Assembly: GCA_951406725.2 (NCBI GenBank)
Contig: OX597827.1
Coordinates: 70,866,001-70,930,000, forward strand
Source: Octopus vulgaris
Taxonomy: Eukaryota
Length of the DNA stretch: 64,000 nucleotides
Direction of reading: 5' to 3'
Positions 30,235 to 44,752 of this stretch are shown here, piece after piece. The notes beneath the pieces are model-generated. The model was not told the origin of the DNA. It was given only the letters and a program-made list of their open reading frames with translations, and ran no database searches. Position numbers and translations under genes: made by a program. Position 1 is the first letter of the stretch. The number at the start of each line of letters is the position of its first letter.

Positions 30235-31087
30235 TTGTATATGTATGTATGAATGTATGTATATACGAAGGACATACAGAACGAGGAAAGAGAGGAAAAG
30301 AGTATGTATATATATATATATATAGAGAGAGAGATAGGTAGATAGATAGATAGATAGATAGACACACAGACAGATATATAGAGAGAGAGATAGATAGATA
30401 TACGTATGTTTATTGTGTGTGTGTGTGTATGTAGGGAGAGACAGTGAAAGGGAGGATAAGAGGGAAGATAGACGAGTAAATATGTGTGTATATGAGTGTG
30501 CATTCATACATATATATGTTTATATACAGAGATAGATTGATAGATGGATGCATACATACATAGATATATACATACATAGATACATATATGCACATATAAA
30601 CATACATATATACACACGTTCTCTATAAATATTAATTTACGTAAGGGTATATATATATATATATACTTGTGTGTTTCTATATGTGTGTTTCGAAACAGAC
30701 ACTCACTCACATGCGCACATTCGCAAATTTAATGCATCTATTTTCATCAGACACCGACGCTACGTTCCCAAAAAGCTCATCTGTCACTCAACACTATACT
30801 TTATCATTTTGCTTACCATTCTTGCCACCACCACACGGGCACCATCACAACAATAACACCTACACCACCACTATAACAACCACCAAAACAACAAGAAGAA
30901 CTCCACGATTACCACCACCAGCACCGCCACCACAACCACCATCATAACACATTATACAACTGCCATCTTCACAGCAGCAACGAACCCATCATCACTATAA
31001 ATACCACCATAACCACTACCGCCATCATGACCATCACTATCAGCAACAGAACCAATGCCACTGCCATAATATCGTTGCAGTAGCGTA

Positions 31088-31790
31088 AGGTGGGGCGAGC
31101 TGGCAGAAACGTTAGCACGCCGGGCGAAATGCTTTGGGGTATTTCGTCTGCCGTTACGTTCTGAGTTCAAATTCCGCCGAGGTCGACTTTGCCTTTCATC
31201 CTTTCGGGGTCGATAAATTAAGTACCAGTTACGCACTGGGCTCGATGTAATCGACTTAATCCGTTTATCTGTCCTTGTTTGTCCCCTCTATGTTTAGCCC
31301 CTTGTGGGTAATAAAGAAATAAGAAACGTTAGCACACCGGGCGAAATGCTTAGCGGTATTTCGTCTGCCGTTACGTTCTGAGTTCAAATTCCACCGAGGT
31401 CGACTTTGCCTTTCATCCTTTCGGAGTCGATTAAATAAGTACCAGTTACGCACTGGGATCGATATAATCGACTTAACCTGTTTGTCTGTCCTTGTTTGTC
31501 CTCTGTGTTTGGCCCCTTGTGGGTAGTAAAGAAATAGGTATTTCGTCTGCCGCTACGCTCTGAGTTCAAATTCCGCCGAGGTCGACTTTGCCTTTCATCC
31601 TTTCGGGGTCGACTAAATAAATACCAGTTACGCACTGGGGTCGATATAATCGACTTAATCCGTTTGTCTGTCCTTGTTTGTCCCCTCTGTATCTAGCCCC
31701 TTGTGGGCTGTAAAGAAATAAGAAACGTTAGCACGCCTGTCGAAATGCTTAGCGGTATTTTGTCTATCTTTACGTTCTGAGTTTAAACTC
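31088..31790 (+). mobile_element. SINE family B tandem array (3 units plus partial)
   Basis: Repeated units of about 180-200 bp. Confidence 0.9.
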
Positions 31791-32239
31791 GGGGCGGCGG
31801 GTTACTTTAATAACACCACTTGCATCACTGTACAATTACTATCGACAATGCACCCATCATCGCTGTAAACAGCACCACATTCACTACCGCCACCACCATC
31901 CATCCCTACCACAACGACAAAAGCACTGGCACCGCCGTCGTCATCGAAATTAGCCAAACTATCACAGCAACTACACAACAGCCACCACCACCACCACCAC
32001 TACCACAACCACAACAACTGCAACAAAATCACTACCACCACCGCCACAAGATTATCGCAGCCACCACTACCTCCACCATCATCACAAAAACACCAGGAAC
32101 GACGCTACGACCATGGACACCACGAAGGATAGCATCACCACCACACACGCCTCCATACTACCAGCATCACAAGATGACCGCTACCACCACCACCACCACC
32201 ACCATAACCATCATCAACACTAACACCACTACAGCATCA

Positions 32240-34210
32240 AGAGTAACTACTACTACCACCACTACTTCCACTACTACTACTACTACCACTGTCACTACTT
32301 ACTGGTACTTCTATTGCAACAATTACTACTACTACTAGTACCACTGCTACTATTACCACTACTACTAACACTGCTACAACTACCACTAATATTACTATTA
32401 CCACTAGTACAACTACCGCTACTACTACCACTACTACTATTACCACGACTACAACTACCATTGTTACTACCACTACTACTACTACTACTACTACTATTAT
32501 CACTATTACTATTACCATTACTACTACTATCACCACTACTATTACCACTACTACTACTACTACTACTACACTACTTCTACAACTACCACAACTACTACTA
32601 CCACCACCACTATTACCACTACTATTACCTCTGCTACTAACACTACTACTACAGCTACCACTACTACCACAATTACCACTACTACTACTACTACAACTAT
32701 TATCACTATTACTATTACCACTACTACTACAACTACCACTACTACTACCACTACTACTACTATCACCACTACTATTACCTCTACTACTACCATTACTACT
32801 ACTACTACTACTACAACTACCACTACTACTACAACTACCACTACTACTACAACTACCACTACTACTACCGCTGCCGCTCCTACTATTACTACTACTAATG
32901 AAAAAATTATACAACTTATACTACTATTTCTACCACTGATGCTGCTGCTGCGGCTGCTGCTGCTACGGCTGCTGCTGCTACGGCTGCTGCTGCTACGGCT
33001 GCTGCTGCTACGACTGCTGCTGCTACGGCTGCTGCTGCTACGGCTGCTGCTGCTACAACTACTCTATCAACAACAACCACTTCGGCACCAAACAATACAA
33101 CTCAATATTGAATATACAGCGAGAGTTTATTTTAAGCCAAGTTAAACGGAGGTGGACGAAAGCCAACTGGGGTGGCAGGAAGAGGAGTGGCCGGGCGAGG
33201 GGGGAAGGGGTGTCTTCTTTTAATTGCAATACAACACCAACGCAAGCAACACCGCTACCGCCACTACCACTTCAACCAACACCAACACTACAACCAACAG
33301 CACCAATAATAACAACAGCAATACTACCACCACCACCACCACCACCCCTACTACCACCAACACCACCAGCACCACAGACACCACCGCCAACCAAACCGAC
33401 ACCGCCACCACCATTACTACCACCACCGCCAACACCACAACCAACGCCACCACCAACAACACACCATCACCACCATCCACTACTACTACCAATAGCAATA
33501 GCACCACTACAAACACTACCACCAACACCACCACCACTACTACCGCCACCACTACCACCACCACCACCACTACCACTTCTATCACCACCGCCAACACCAC
33601 AACCAACAACAACACTACCACTACTACCACCAATACCACCACCACAAACACTACTACCAACAAACCAACACCACTACCATTACCACCGCCACCACTACCA
33701 CTGCCATCACTACCCCCACCATCACTACCACTACCAATACTATCATCACCGACAACACCACCACCAGCAACAACAACACTACCACCACCTCCAAAACCAC
33801 TACTACCACCAATACCACTACCAACATATCAACACCACCACCATTACCATCCCCACAACTACCACCACCACCAACATCACCACCAACACCATCACTACTA
33901 TCACCACCATCATCACCAACACTAACAAAACCAACACCACCGCTAACGTCACCATCAAGACAAACAACAACGCAACCATCCACACACACACCAGCCCCAA
34001 TACCACCTACACAACATCTACAGCAAACAGAACAACCATCACCGTCGCCACCATCATCACCACCACCAATAACAACACCACTAACAATGGCCATCACCAA
34101 CACAACACCACCATCACCACAACAAAGTACGCCACCAATACCACCACCACCACCACCACCATATCATTAACGCTGCAACAAACACCACCTCCAACAACAA
34201 CAACAACAAT
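32240..34210. repeat. degenerate ACT/GCT/ACC/AAC trinucleotide region
   Basis: Direct reading; includes 15-bp unit CTGCTGCTGCTACGG near 32945-33055. Confidence 0.9.
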
Positions 34211-34325
34211 ACAAATAAAGAAATCAATACACTCACCCGAACCCACCCGACCCCTCAGAACATTGCTACTTCACGATCCTAAAAAAAATAATACTATCTC
34301 CATCCTCGCCTCCCACCACCTAGTC

Positions 34326-34848
34326 CAAGAGTTCTCAACCATTTTTTTTAATCCATGGGCCCCTTTGATTATCATTTTATTCTGGTGGACCAACTCAATC
34401 ATTCGATATTTAAAAACTAGTTTTATAGAAACTTCTTTCAAAATTCCTATTTTGTTCGCCCCACATCAACTTATGTAGGTTGAACTATGTAAAATGTTTG
34501 AGAAAGAAACCCAGCCGTTTCTTACAATATATACCAATACATACATCTAAAACAGGGCTTTTCCGCCATTTTTTATATATGGACCCATTTGAATACTCTT
34601 ATATTCTGGTGGGCTCCAGAACTATTCGATACTCTTTACTCTTTTACTCTTTTACTTGTTTCAGTCATTTGACTGCGGCCATGCTGGAGCACCGCCTTTA
34701 ATCGAGCAACTTATTCTTTGTAAGCCCAGTACTTATTCTATCGGTCTCTTCTGCCGAACCGCTAAGTGACGGGGACATAAACACACCAGCATCGGTTGTC
34801 AAGCAATGCTAGAGGGACAAACACAGACACACAAACACACACACAAAC

Positions 34849-34891
<43 letters not shown>

Positions 34892-35283
34892 CGACGGGCT
34901 TCTTTCAGTTTCCGTCTACCAACTCCTCTCACAAGGCTTTGATCGGCCCGAGGCTATAGTAGAAGACACTCGCCCAAGGTGCCACGCAGTGGGACTGAAC
35001 CCGGAACCATGTGGTTGGTAAGCAAGCTACTTACCACACAGCCACTCCTGCGCCTAAAAAAACTTTTATAGAAACTTGTGTAGGTTGAACTATGTAAAAT
35101 GTTAGAGAAAGAAACCCAGCTGTTTCTTACAATACACACCAATGCATACGTCTAAAGCAAAATTTTTTCAGAGGCCCCCTAAATTACTATTGTGGATCTC
35201 CTATTTACTATTTTCTTGCGTGGATCCTGAAAAATCTGATATGGCCCCTAAGGGGCCAATTGGACACCGGTTGAGAACCACTG
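34326..35283. mobile_element. hAT-type non-autonomous element with a nested SINE
   Basis: Ends GTTCTCAACC / GGTTGAGAACCACTG; ACCTAGTC flanks both sides (34318-34325, 35284-35291); internal direct repeat of about 85 bp (34469-34553 vs about 35073-35159). Confidence 0.6.
34630..35055 (-). mobile_element. SINE family A
   Basis: Matches family. Confidence 0.9.
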
Positions 35284-35399
35284 ACCTAGTCCAAGAAGCA
35301 CACAAATATAACAACATTATTAAACTCGTTAACCCCCCTGTTAACGAAGGGGGCTCTATGCTGTTATTCGTTCTACTAGAAACTGGAGCTAAAATCCCG

Positions 35400-35648
35400 C
35401 AAACAGAGGGGACAAACAAGGACAGACAAACGGATTAAGTCGATTATTTCGACCCCAGTGCGTAACTGGTATTTATTTTATCGACCCCGAAAGGATGAAA
35501 GGCAAAGTCGACCTCGGCGGAATTTGAACTCAGAACGTAGCGGCAGACGAAATACCTATTTCTTTACTACCCACAAGGGGCTAAACACAGATAGGACAAA
35601 CAAGGACAGGCAAAGGGATTAAGTCGATTATATATCTATCCCAGTGCG
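35400..35648 (-). mobile_element. SINE family B partial dimer
   Basis: Matches family. Confidence 0.85.
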
Positions 35649-35922
35649 TCTTTAAAAAAAAGACCGTCTTTAAAAAAAAAAGAACAAAACGACAGACATT
35701 ACTGCAATCTTGTTCCTCTCACTGAACTGTTGCTCGGTTCAGTGAGAGCTTGCCAGGGGCTAAATAACAAAAACAACAACAACATATGCATCATTATAGG
35801 TGTAAATACGGCTGTGTCGTTGAGAAGCACGCTTGGTAATTATGTGGTTGCTTAATATGTTTTGCTAAAATTCCTGTTTCTTTTCAGGTATCATCAGAAA
35901 AAGGTAATTAGAATTCACTAGA

Positions 35923-36990
35923 ATGACAGATCTATCGGACTTTCAAAGTGGTCAAATTATTGGTGCTCGTATGGCAGGTGCTAGCGTAACGAAAACAGCC
36001 GAAATGTTTGGTGTATCAAGAAGTACTGTCTCGAAACTAATGACAGCCTTTGAGAAAGAGGGAAAAACCTCCTCGTCGAAATAAAACTCCGAAAGAAAAC
36101 CAAAACTTTCAGATAGGAACCGTCGGACTCTTACGCGGATTGTTGGATCACAAAAGTACAGCTCCCAAAATTACTGCAGGGCTTAATGACCACCTCGGGA
36201 ACCCAGTTTCCAGAAAAACAGTTCGCCGGGGGCTGCACAAAGCCGGATTTCATGGTAGGGCTGATATCAGAAAACCACTATTTTCAAAAACAAACGTTGC
36301 AATGCGTTTAGAGTGCAGTAAAAACCTACAGAATTGGTCGCCAGAGCAGTGGAAGAATGTTATTTTCTCGGACGTGTCATCCTTTACTTTATTTCCGACC
36401 ACCGGCCGAATATACGTGTGGAGACGGCCAAAAGAAGCATTTGACCCAGACTGCCTTCTTCCAACTATTAAACATAGTGGAGGATATGTGATGATCTCGA
36501 GGGGGTGGGGGGGCTATATCTTGGAAATCTGCCAGCCCAATGGTTTCCCTTCCCTTCGTGGAAGAATTAATAGCCAAGACTATTTAAGCATTTTATCTGA
36601 TCAAATTCATTCTATGGTTGCGGAAATGTTTCCGGAGAGAAACGCAATCTTTCAGAATGTTAATGCACCAATTCACACAGCTAAAGTTGTTACTGAATGG
36701 CACGAGGAACATTCTAGCCATTACAGTCTCCAGATCTCAAAATTTAGTGAACATTTATGGTGCATTTTAGAAGTAGGGAGTCGATATCCTCCACCATCAT
36801 CACTACAAGAACTGGAGATTGTTTTAGCTGAAGAATGGACAAAAATTCCTTTGGAAACAATTCAAAATTTGTACGAGTCCATACCTTGGGGAATTCAAGC
36901 TGTAATTAATGCCAAAGGAGGTCCTACCCCATATTAAATATAAATTTGTTTGAAATTTTAAGGTGTTTCCATTATTTTGTCCTACACCTG
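35923..36990 (+). mobile_element. Tc1-family DNA transposon remnant, transposase pseudogene
   Basis: MTDLSDFQSGQIIGARMAGASVTKTAEMFGVSRSTVSK (HTH), then stop/frameshift; WKNVIFSDVSSF, FQNVNAPIHTA (second catalytic D lost), [12 protein letters not shown]. Right TIR ...TTATTTTGTCCTACACCTG followed by TA at 36991; left TIR not seen. Confidence 0.9.
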
Positions 36991-37021
36991 TATATCCATG
37001 CATACAAACATACATACATAC

Positions 37022-37095
<74 letters not shown>

Positions 37096-37200
37096 CCGGG
37101 GTAAACACATAAATGTGAAACAAGGTGGAAAAAGAGTACTCAAATACCAGTGGTAGAGTAATATGCTGTCCGTTCGTCGGACAGTTTTTGCTAGCAAAAA

Positions 37201-37238
37201 CTGTCCGACGAACGGCAACGGGAAACTCAGAGTAACAG
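37201..37238 (+). ncRNA. minimal hammerhead-like motif (CCGACGA core, GUA site)
   Basis: ctgt CCGACGA a-cg-gcaa-cg-g GAAA ctcagag TA acag; overlaps a perfect 46-bp palindrome at 37170-37215. Confidence 0.55.
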
Positions 37239-37270
37239 GTTTTGTTGAAATTTTTGCTGCTTTGAGTAAA

Positions 37271-37343
<73 letters not shown>

Positions 37344-37362
37344 CATATAAATATATACATAC

Positions 37363-37415
<53 letters not shown>

Positions 37416-37425
37416 CATACATACA

Positions 37426-37459
<34 letters not shown>

Positions 37460-37476
37460 GATAGATAGATATATAC

Positions 37477-37521
<45 letters not shown>

Positions 37522-37565
37522 CATACAGATACATATATATATACATATGTATATACATACACACT

Positions 37566-37609
<44 letters not shown>

Positions 37610-37769
37610 ATCTTTACAATGTACGATTTATATGTATTAAATCTTTTAAAATGCTATTGCTTCATTTTTGTCGTCCCATTGTACAAAATGGTGATTATAT
37701 AAAAGCGTATTGTTTCATTTATGTGCCATTACAACGAAGCATTTCTATAACAACTCCACCACACTGGAC

Positions 37770-37807
<38 letters not shown>

Positions 37808-38183
37808 TAATTTGGAGTACGATACAGAAGATATTCATAAAGGTAGTTAGAAAGAAAGATTAGTGTCCCAAAAAAAATATTGTATTCAGAGACTTTTTGC
37901 TTGGTTCACGTGAACTGCTCATGTGAGAGTTTGGCATGATCATAAGGCAAAGAGGATGTGTGTGTGTGTGTGTGTGTATGTGAGTGTGTTTGTGTATGTG
38001 TATGTGAGTGTGTTTGTGTATGTGTGTGAGTGTGTGTGTATGAGTGTTTGTGTGAGTGTGTTTGTGTGTATCCGTGTGCATGTGTGTATATATATATACA
38101 TACATACATACATACATACATGCATACATACATACATATGTATTTACATATATATATATGCATACACACACACACACACACAC

Positions 38184-38223
<40 letters not shown>

Positions 38224-38257
38224 TATATATGTATATTTGTATATATAACCTCAAACC

Positions 38258-38310
<53 letters not shown>

Positions 38311-38651
38311 TATGTATATGCGTATCTTTGTGTGTGTGTGTGTGTAACAGGAAAATAGGTTACTTATTTAAAAGATTGGGGCTCGTGATTTGTATTGTGT
38401 GTGTATATGTGTATATAACCGTATTTTTGCGTAGATAGATAGATAGATAGATAGATAGATATAGATAGATATGGGGCGTATACATGTATGCATATGTGAG
38501 CTATTTTCCCCCAGCCCACCACCTCTGAAAATAGATTCCAACAAACGAGCAAACGAGCAAACAGGTTCGACTCCCAGGTTCGAAAAGAAATTACAAATTC
38601 GTGCCAGATTTACTAATATGTTTGTGGGTTAAACAGTGTCTTTTGTGACAC

Positions 38652-38845
38652 TGTGGTTAGGGCACCAGGCTCATAATCATGAGATTTTAAGTTCGATTCC
38701 CGGACAGGCTGTGTGTTCCCTCAGCTGTAGAAATGAGTTGCGACGTCATAGGTGCCAAGCTGTATTGACCTTTGCCCAGACTTGTGCTTTGGACGGTAAT
38801 TTTCTATGTGCGATCCCATGATCAATCATGACCGAAGGAGGTTTT
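38652..38845 (+). mobile_element. internally deleted SINE family D
   Basis: Head and tail remnants. Confidence 0.65.
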
Positions 38846-38880
38846 TATCCTCTGTTATACGAAATATATTGTTAATATTG

Positions 38881-39264
38881 TGGAGGCGCAATGGTCCAGT
38901 GGTTAGGGCAGCGGACTCGCGGTCGTAGGATCGCGGTTTCGATTCCCAGACCGGGCGTTGTGAGTGTTTATTGAGCGAAAACACCTAAAGCTCCACGAGG
39001 CTCCGGCAGGGATGGTGGTGATCCCTGCTGTACTCTTTCACCACACTTACTCTCACTCTTACTTCCTGTTTCTGTTGTACCTGTATTTCAAAGGGCCGGC
39101 CTTGTCACTCTCTGTGTCACGCTGAATATCCCCGAGAACTACGTTAAGGGTACACGTGTCTGTGGAGTGCTCAGCCACTTACACGTTAATTTCACGAGCA
39201 GGCTGTTCCGTTGATCGGATCAACCGGAACCCTCGTCGTCGTAACCGACGGAGTGCTTCCACAC
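38881..39264 (+). mobile_element. SINE family C, full length with 13-bp TSD
   Basis: ATTGTTAATATTG at 38868-38880 and 39265-39277. Confidence 0.93.
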
Positions 39265-39399
39265 ATTGTTAATATTGAATGAATTCCAAAGAACAAGCGG
39301 TATGTATTGATACGATATTGGTACGGTTTTGTGTGCTCGCTAAAAGAGCAAATAACCCCTTCCATTTCGAGAAAGGGGAACATAAAGTGTGCCATTTAA

Positions 39400-39700
39400 A
39401 ATTCTATCGGTCTCTTTTGCCGAACCGCTAAGTTGCGGGGACGTAAACACACCATCATTGGTTGTCAAGCGATGTTGGGGGGACAGGCACAGACACGCAA
39501 ACATATACACACATACATATATACATTCATATATACGACGGGCTTCTTTCAGTTTCCATTTGACAAATCCACTCACAAGACTTTGGTCGGCCCGAGGCTA
39601 TAGTAGAAGACACTTGCCCAAGGTGCCACGCAGTGGGACTGAACCCGGAACCATGTGGTTTGTAAGCAAGCTACTTGCCACACAGTCACTCCTACGCCTA
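39400..39700 (-). mobile_element. SINE family A, 3'-truncated
   Basis: Matches family. Confidence 0.85.
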
Positions 39701-39845
39701 ATACATACATACATACATACATACATACATACATACATACATACATACATACATACATGCATGCATGCATGCATACATACATACACACATACATACATAC
39801 ATACATACATACATACATACATACATACATACATACATACATACA

Positions 39846-39877
<32 letters not shown>

Positions 39878-40279
39878 CATGGGAACAAAAGACAATTGGT
39901 GTCTGACCCAATATCGAAGGAGTATAACTATAAATATTGTAGATTATAAAAGAAAGCTTAACTCTCACGCACGAACGAGTATGATATATTAGCTCGAACC
40001 TCGTTTCCGTAATTATTTGTAGTGCTTATGTAGTCGCGAGCGGACTTGGACATCTTCTTGGTCCTTCCACTCCTGAGCCCTACACATTGAACTTAACAAT
40101 CTGTATGGTATGCTTCTTAATTACTGCGATGCTAATGGAGTTGTCTAATTGAGTAAACAGAGTACGGGCATTTAGTTCTCATTTGTTTCATTAGTAGTCT
40201 ATGAATAAATGAAATAACATCGTTCTACTATTCTTATTGTAATTTGAACTGAAAATAATAATGTTTAAAAAGTTTTAAA

Positions 40280-40689
40280 ACAACGTAAAGTATACTAGCC
40301 ATCTCAATATGGCTAACCACTAAGGGTGGGTGTTACTGTAGCTTTTAGCCCCAGGAGATCATCGTCTCCAGCTGGCTTTAGGCACACTTTCTGTGCTCTT
40401 ATGGTATTTGCAAAGGGAGGTCATCCCTCTCTCGTCAACCTAAGTGATACGCACGGACTGCAGTTTCTAGGTATTTGCCTGTCTTCGGCGTACGGCAATC
40501 ACCGGTTTTCGATGGTGCGTATCACTTAGGTTGACGAGAGAGGGATGACCTCCCTTTGCAAATACCATAAGGGCACAGAAAGTGTGCCTAAAGCCAGCTG
40601 GAGACGATGATCTCCTGGGGCTAAAAGCTACAGTAACACCCACCCTTAGTGGTTAGCCATATTGAGATGGCTAGTATACTCTACGTTGT
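40280..40689. repeat. near-perfect foldback: 175-bp arms, 60-bp spacer
   Basis: 40280-40454 is the reverse complement of 40515-40689 with 2 mismatches seen; diverged relatives at 26340-26465 and 45655-45866. Confidence 0.95.
40451..40493 (-). ncRNA. minimal type I hammerhead-like motif (CCGAAGA core, GUC site)
   Basis: gtacg CCGAAGA c-agg-caaata-cct-a GAAA ctgcag TC cgtgc; stem III palindrome ACTGCAGT. Confidence 0.65.
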
Positions 40690-40819
40690 CGAGCAGTTAC
40701 TGTTTACATCTCGTTCAGAGATTTATTATTGCTAGTTTTAAAACAATATTTTATATTTCTTCTATGCTGGTTGTTTCATTATTTTAAAAAACAGTGGGCT
40801 AAAGCTTGTTCCCAAGTTA

Positions 40820-41050
40820 TATAAACATATGGGTTCGGTTTCCCAGTTTCTGTAGCGTATATATTACACCTTTGACGGAACATTGGTCTGTCACAATATT
40901 ACTCATTTTTGACAGCTGAGGGGACTGGAGTAAGATGAAACGAAATGCTTTGTTCTGCTCGAGAATACAACGCATCGCCCGGTTCGGGAATCGAAACCAA
41001 AATCTTACGATCATGAGTCCAACATCCTTAACCACTAAACCACGCGCCTC
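40820..41050 (-). mobile_element. old SINE with D head and the alternative tail
   Basis: Tail ATACGCTACAGAAACTGGGAAACCG resembles 52877-52900. Confidence 0.65.
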
Positions 41051-41526
41051 TTCTTGTTTTAGTATGATAGAAGTATAAACTGAAGTTTATTGAAGAAAAG
41101 AGAGCGGGAATGGTGAAGGGAGCAAATTTACTTACAAAAAAGTTAGCAGAGGGTAAACGGTGCGGAAAAGGTCGTGTTTGAAAAAAGATAAGCATAATAA
41201 CTTCTAGAAAAAAACTAAACGCGATGGTCATGACTGGGTCACACTTTGAACGTTGGTTTACTTCATCAGAACTGATCTGGGGGTTGAATTACAACTGATC
41301 AAACGATAAAGCACAGTCGCAGCTAAAAAGCTGGACACTTCATGTCTTTATATCTATATTAATAGGATTGTAGGTTGGTAATAGGTTTGACCTCGCTTTC
41401 AGATCAGATTTCAAACGAGGCTATTTTTTTCGTGAATGCACGTTTATGTTTTGCACAAACATAGACTACATCTGTGTCATAGGCTGGATGAATCAGAACT
41501 GTTTGAGGATTTATTACCAACAACAC

Positions 41527-42536
<1,010 letters not shown>

Positions 42537-42695
42537 CCGCTGTTTATCTTGATATGAGATCACCATGTCGCGCACATTTGGTTGTGACGCATGTGCCTGG
42601 TGTACCCTTATCAGACGGGTAGTCATGATGGGTATACTGGGCTTCGTATATTTTACCCCAGTGCCACTTTGATGGCATGCACTGCTCTCTCACTC
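42537..42695 (+). mobile_element. truncated copy of the (AAT)n-embedded element
   Basis: Reverse complement of about 23475-23633. Confidence 0.7.
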
Positions 42696-42699
42696 AATA

Positions 42700-42801
<102 letters not shown>

Positions 42802-43242
42802 TCGGTAGCGGGTAGTCAATTATATTGATCCCATTGCTCAAATAGTAATTTTATCGATCCCGAAAGGATGAAAGGTTAAGTTGACCACGGTGGAATTTGA
42901 ACTCAGAACGTAAAGACGGACGAAATGCTGCTAGGCAGTGCTTCGCTGGTATTTATTTCATCGATCTTGAAAATTCGTTAGAGGCCGTGTCTGAAATGTC
43001 AACTATTTTATTGCATATATTTCTTTATAACTGTGATTTCCAACCCTGGTCAACAACTTTACAAAATACTGACCTGTCTCAAAGGATCACCAAACCAACA
43101 AGAGTGATCCGATGGCCAACCTCGTAACGAATATGTTCTGGGTCGATTTGATCGAATTAAACTCTTCGAGGCGGGGCCCCAAACTAGCTGCAGTTCATTG
43201 ACCGAAACAAGTAATGGGAAAATGATAGAAAATTCTAGGGAT

Positions 43243-43652
43243 AGGGCGGCGAGCTGGCAGAAGCGTTAGCACGGCGGGCGAAATGCTTAGCAGTATCTCG
43301 TCTGCCGCTACGTTATGAGTTCAAAAATCCGCCGAGGTCGACTTTGCCTTTCATCCTTACGGGGTCGATTAAATAAGTACCAGTTACACACTGGGGTTGA
43401 TATAATCGACTTAATCCGTTTGTCTGTCCTTGTTTGTCCTCTCTGTGTTTAGCCCCTTGTGGGTTGTAAAGAAATAGATATTTCGTCTGCCGCAACGTTC
43501 TGAGTTCAAATTCCGCCGAGGTCGACTTTGCCTTTCATCCTTTCGGGGTCGATTAAATAAGTACCAGTTACGCACTGGGGTCGATGTAATCGACTTAATG
43601 TCCTTGTTTGTCCCCTCTGTGTTTAGCCCCTTGTGGGCAATAAAGAAATAAG
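43243..43652 (+). mobile_element. SINE family B dimer
   Basis: Matches family. Confidence 0.9.
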
Positions 43653-43665
43653 AATGTATCTTACG

Positions 43666-44037
43666 TTTGCTTACCAACCATATGGTTCCGGGTTCAGTGC
43701 CACTGCGTGACACCTTGGGCAAGTGTCTTTTACTATAGCCTCGGGCCGACCAAAGCCTTGTGAGTGGATTTGGTAGACGGAAACTGAAAGAAGCTCGTCG
43801 TATATATGTATATATGTGGGTGTGTATGTTTGTGTATTTATGTTTGTCCCCTTAGCATTGCTTGACAACCGATGCTGGTGTGTTTACGTCTCCGTCACTT
43901 AGCGGTTCGGCAAAAGAGACCGAATGAATAAGTACTAGGCTTACAAAGAATAGGTTCTGGGGTCGATTTGCTCTACTAAAGGCGGTGCTCCAGCATGGCC
44001 ACAGTCAAATGACTGAAACAAGTAAAAGAGTAAGAGT
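43666..44037 (+). mobile_element. SINE family A
   Basis: Matches family. Confidence 0.88.
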
Positions 44038-44351
44038 ATATACGTAAATACATTATTCACATAGACATAGATACATCCGTGCGTGTGTGTGTGTGTGTGT
44101 GTGTGTGCGTGTATCTCATGTGGGATGTCTAGATTGAAGGGTTTACACCGAGACATTTTAAAGCTACCTTTTGTCATTTCATAAACATTTCACACAGCAT
44201 GTCTCTCAGGGTATTGAAATGTTACAATTATCCGCGCACACGCACACACGCACACACACACAACACACAAACACACACACGCATGCACACACATCCACTT
44301 GGTGTACACAACTGAAACAGCATTAAATTATAATCGCCATCAGTATATCAG

Positions 44352-44417
<66 letters not shown>

Positions 44418-44468
44418 AGATGTACTCGCATAGCAAGTGATTTAATCTGAGATCGTGTGCTGAAACGA

Positions 44469-44676
44469 AAACAATTGCAGCGTGGAAGGTGTTTGTAAGC
44501 CATTTAAGAAACACACAAAAGCCGTTCGATGCAGCACGGATTTTTGTCAGTGAACAGGTCGCGGATTTTAGCGACGAAAATATTTTGACAAATTAAACTT
44601 AAATGTTGAAGTGAATCGAACGGCTTTTGTGTGTTTCTTAAATGGCTCACAAACACCTTCCACGCTGCAATTGTTT
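44469..44676. repeat. foldback insert in (TA)n, 62-bp arms
   Basis: 44469-44530 vs 44615-44676, one mismatch. Confidence 0.9.
44543..44592 (+). ncRNA. minimal type I hammerhead-like motif, G3-C8 variant
   Basis: tttgtca GTGAACA g gtcgc-ggatttta-gcgac GAAA atat TT tgacaaa; 7-bp stem I, 5-bp stem II, palindromic AATATT. Confidence 0.65.
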
Positions 44677-44679
44677 ATA

Positions 44680-44752
<73 letters not shown>

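Noticed and set aside
33108-34478. 456-aa Pro/Thr/His-rich ORF resembling a mucin or extensin
   Set aside because: ACC/AAC repeat drift is open in several frames; composition switches with frameshifts; no signal peptide or domain
36050-36937. Active 295-aa transposase
   Set aside because: Split from its N-terminus by stop/frameshift, catalytic residues lost, left TIR missing
38881-38955. tRNA-Arg-like sequence
   Set aside because: SINE head: no proper acceptor stem, continues into the SINE body, TSD present
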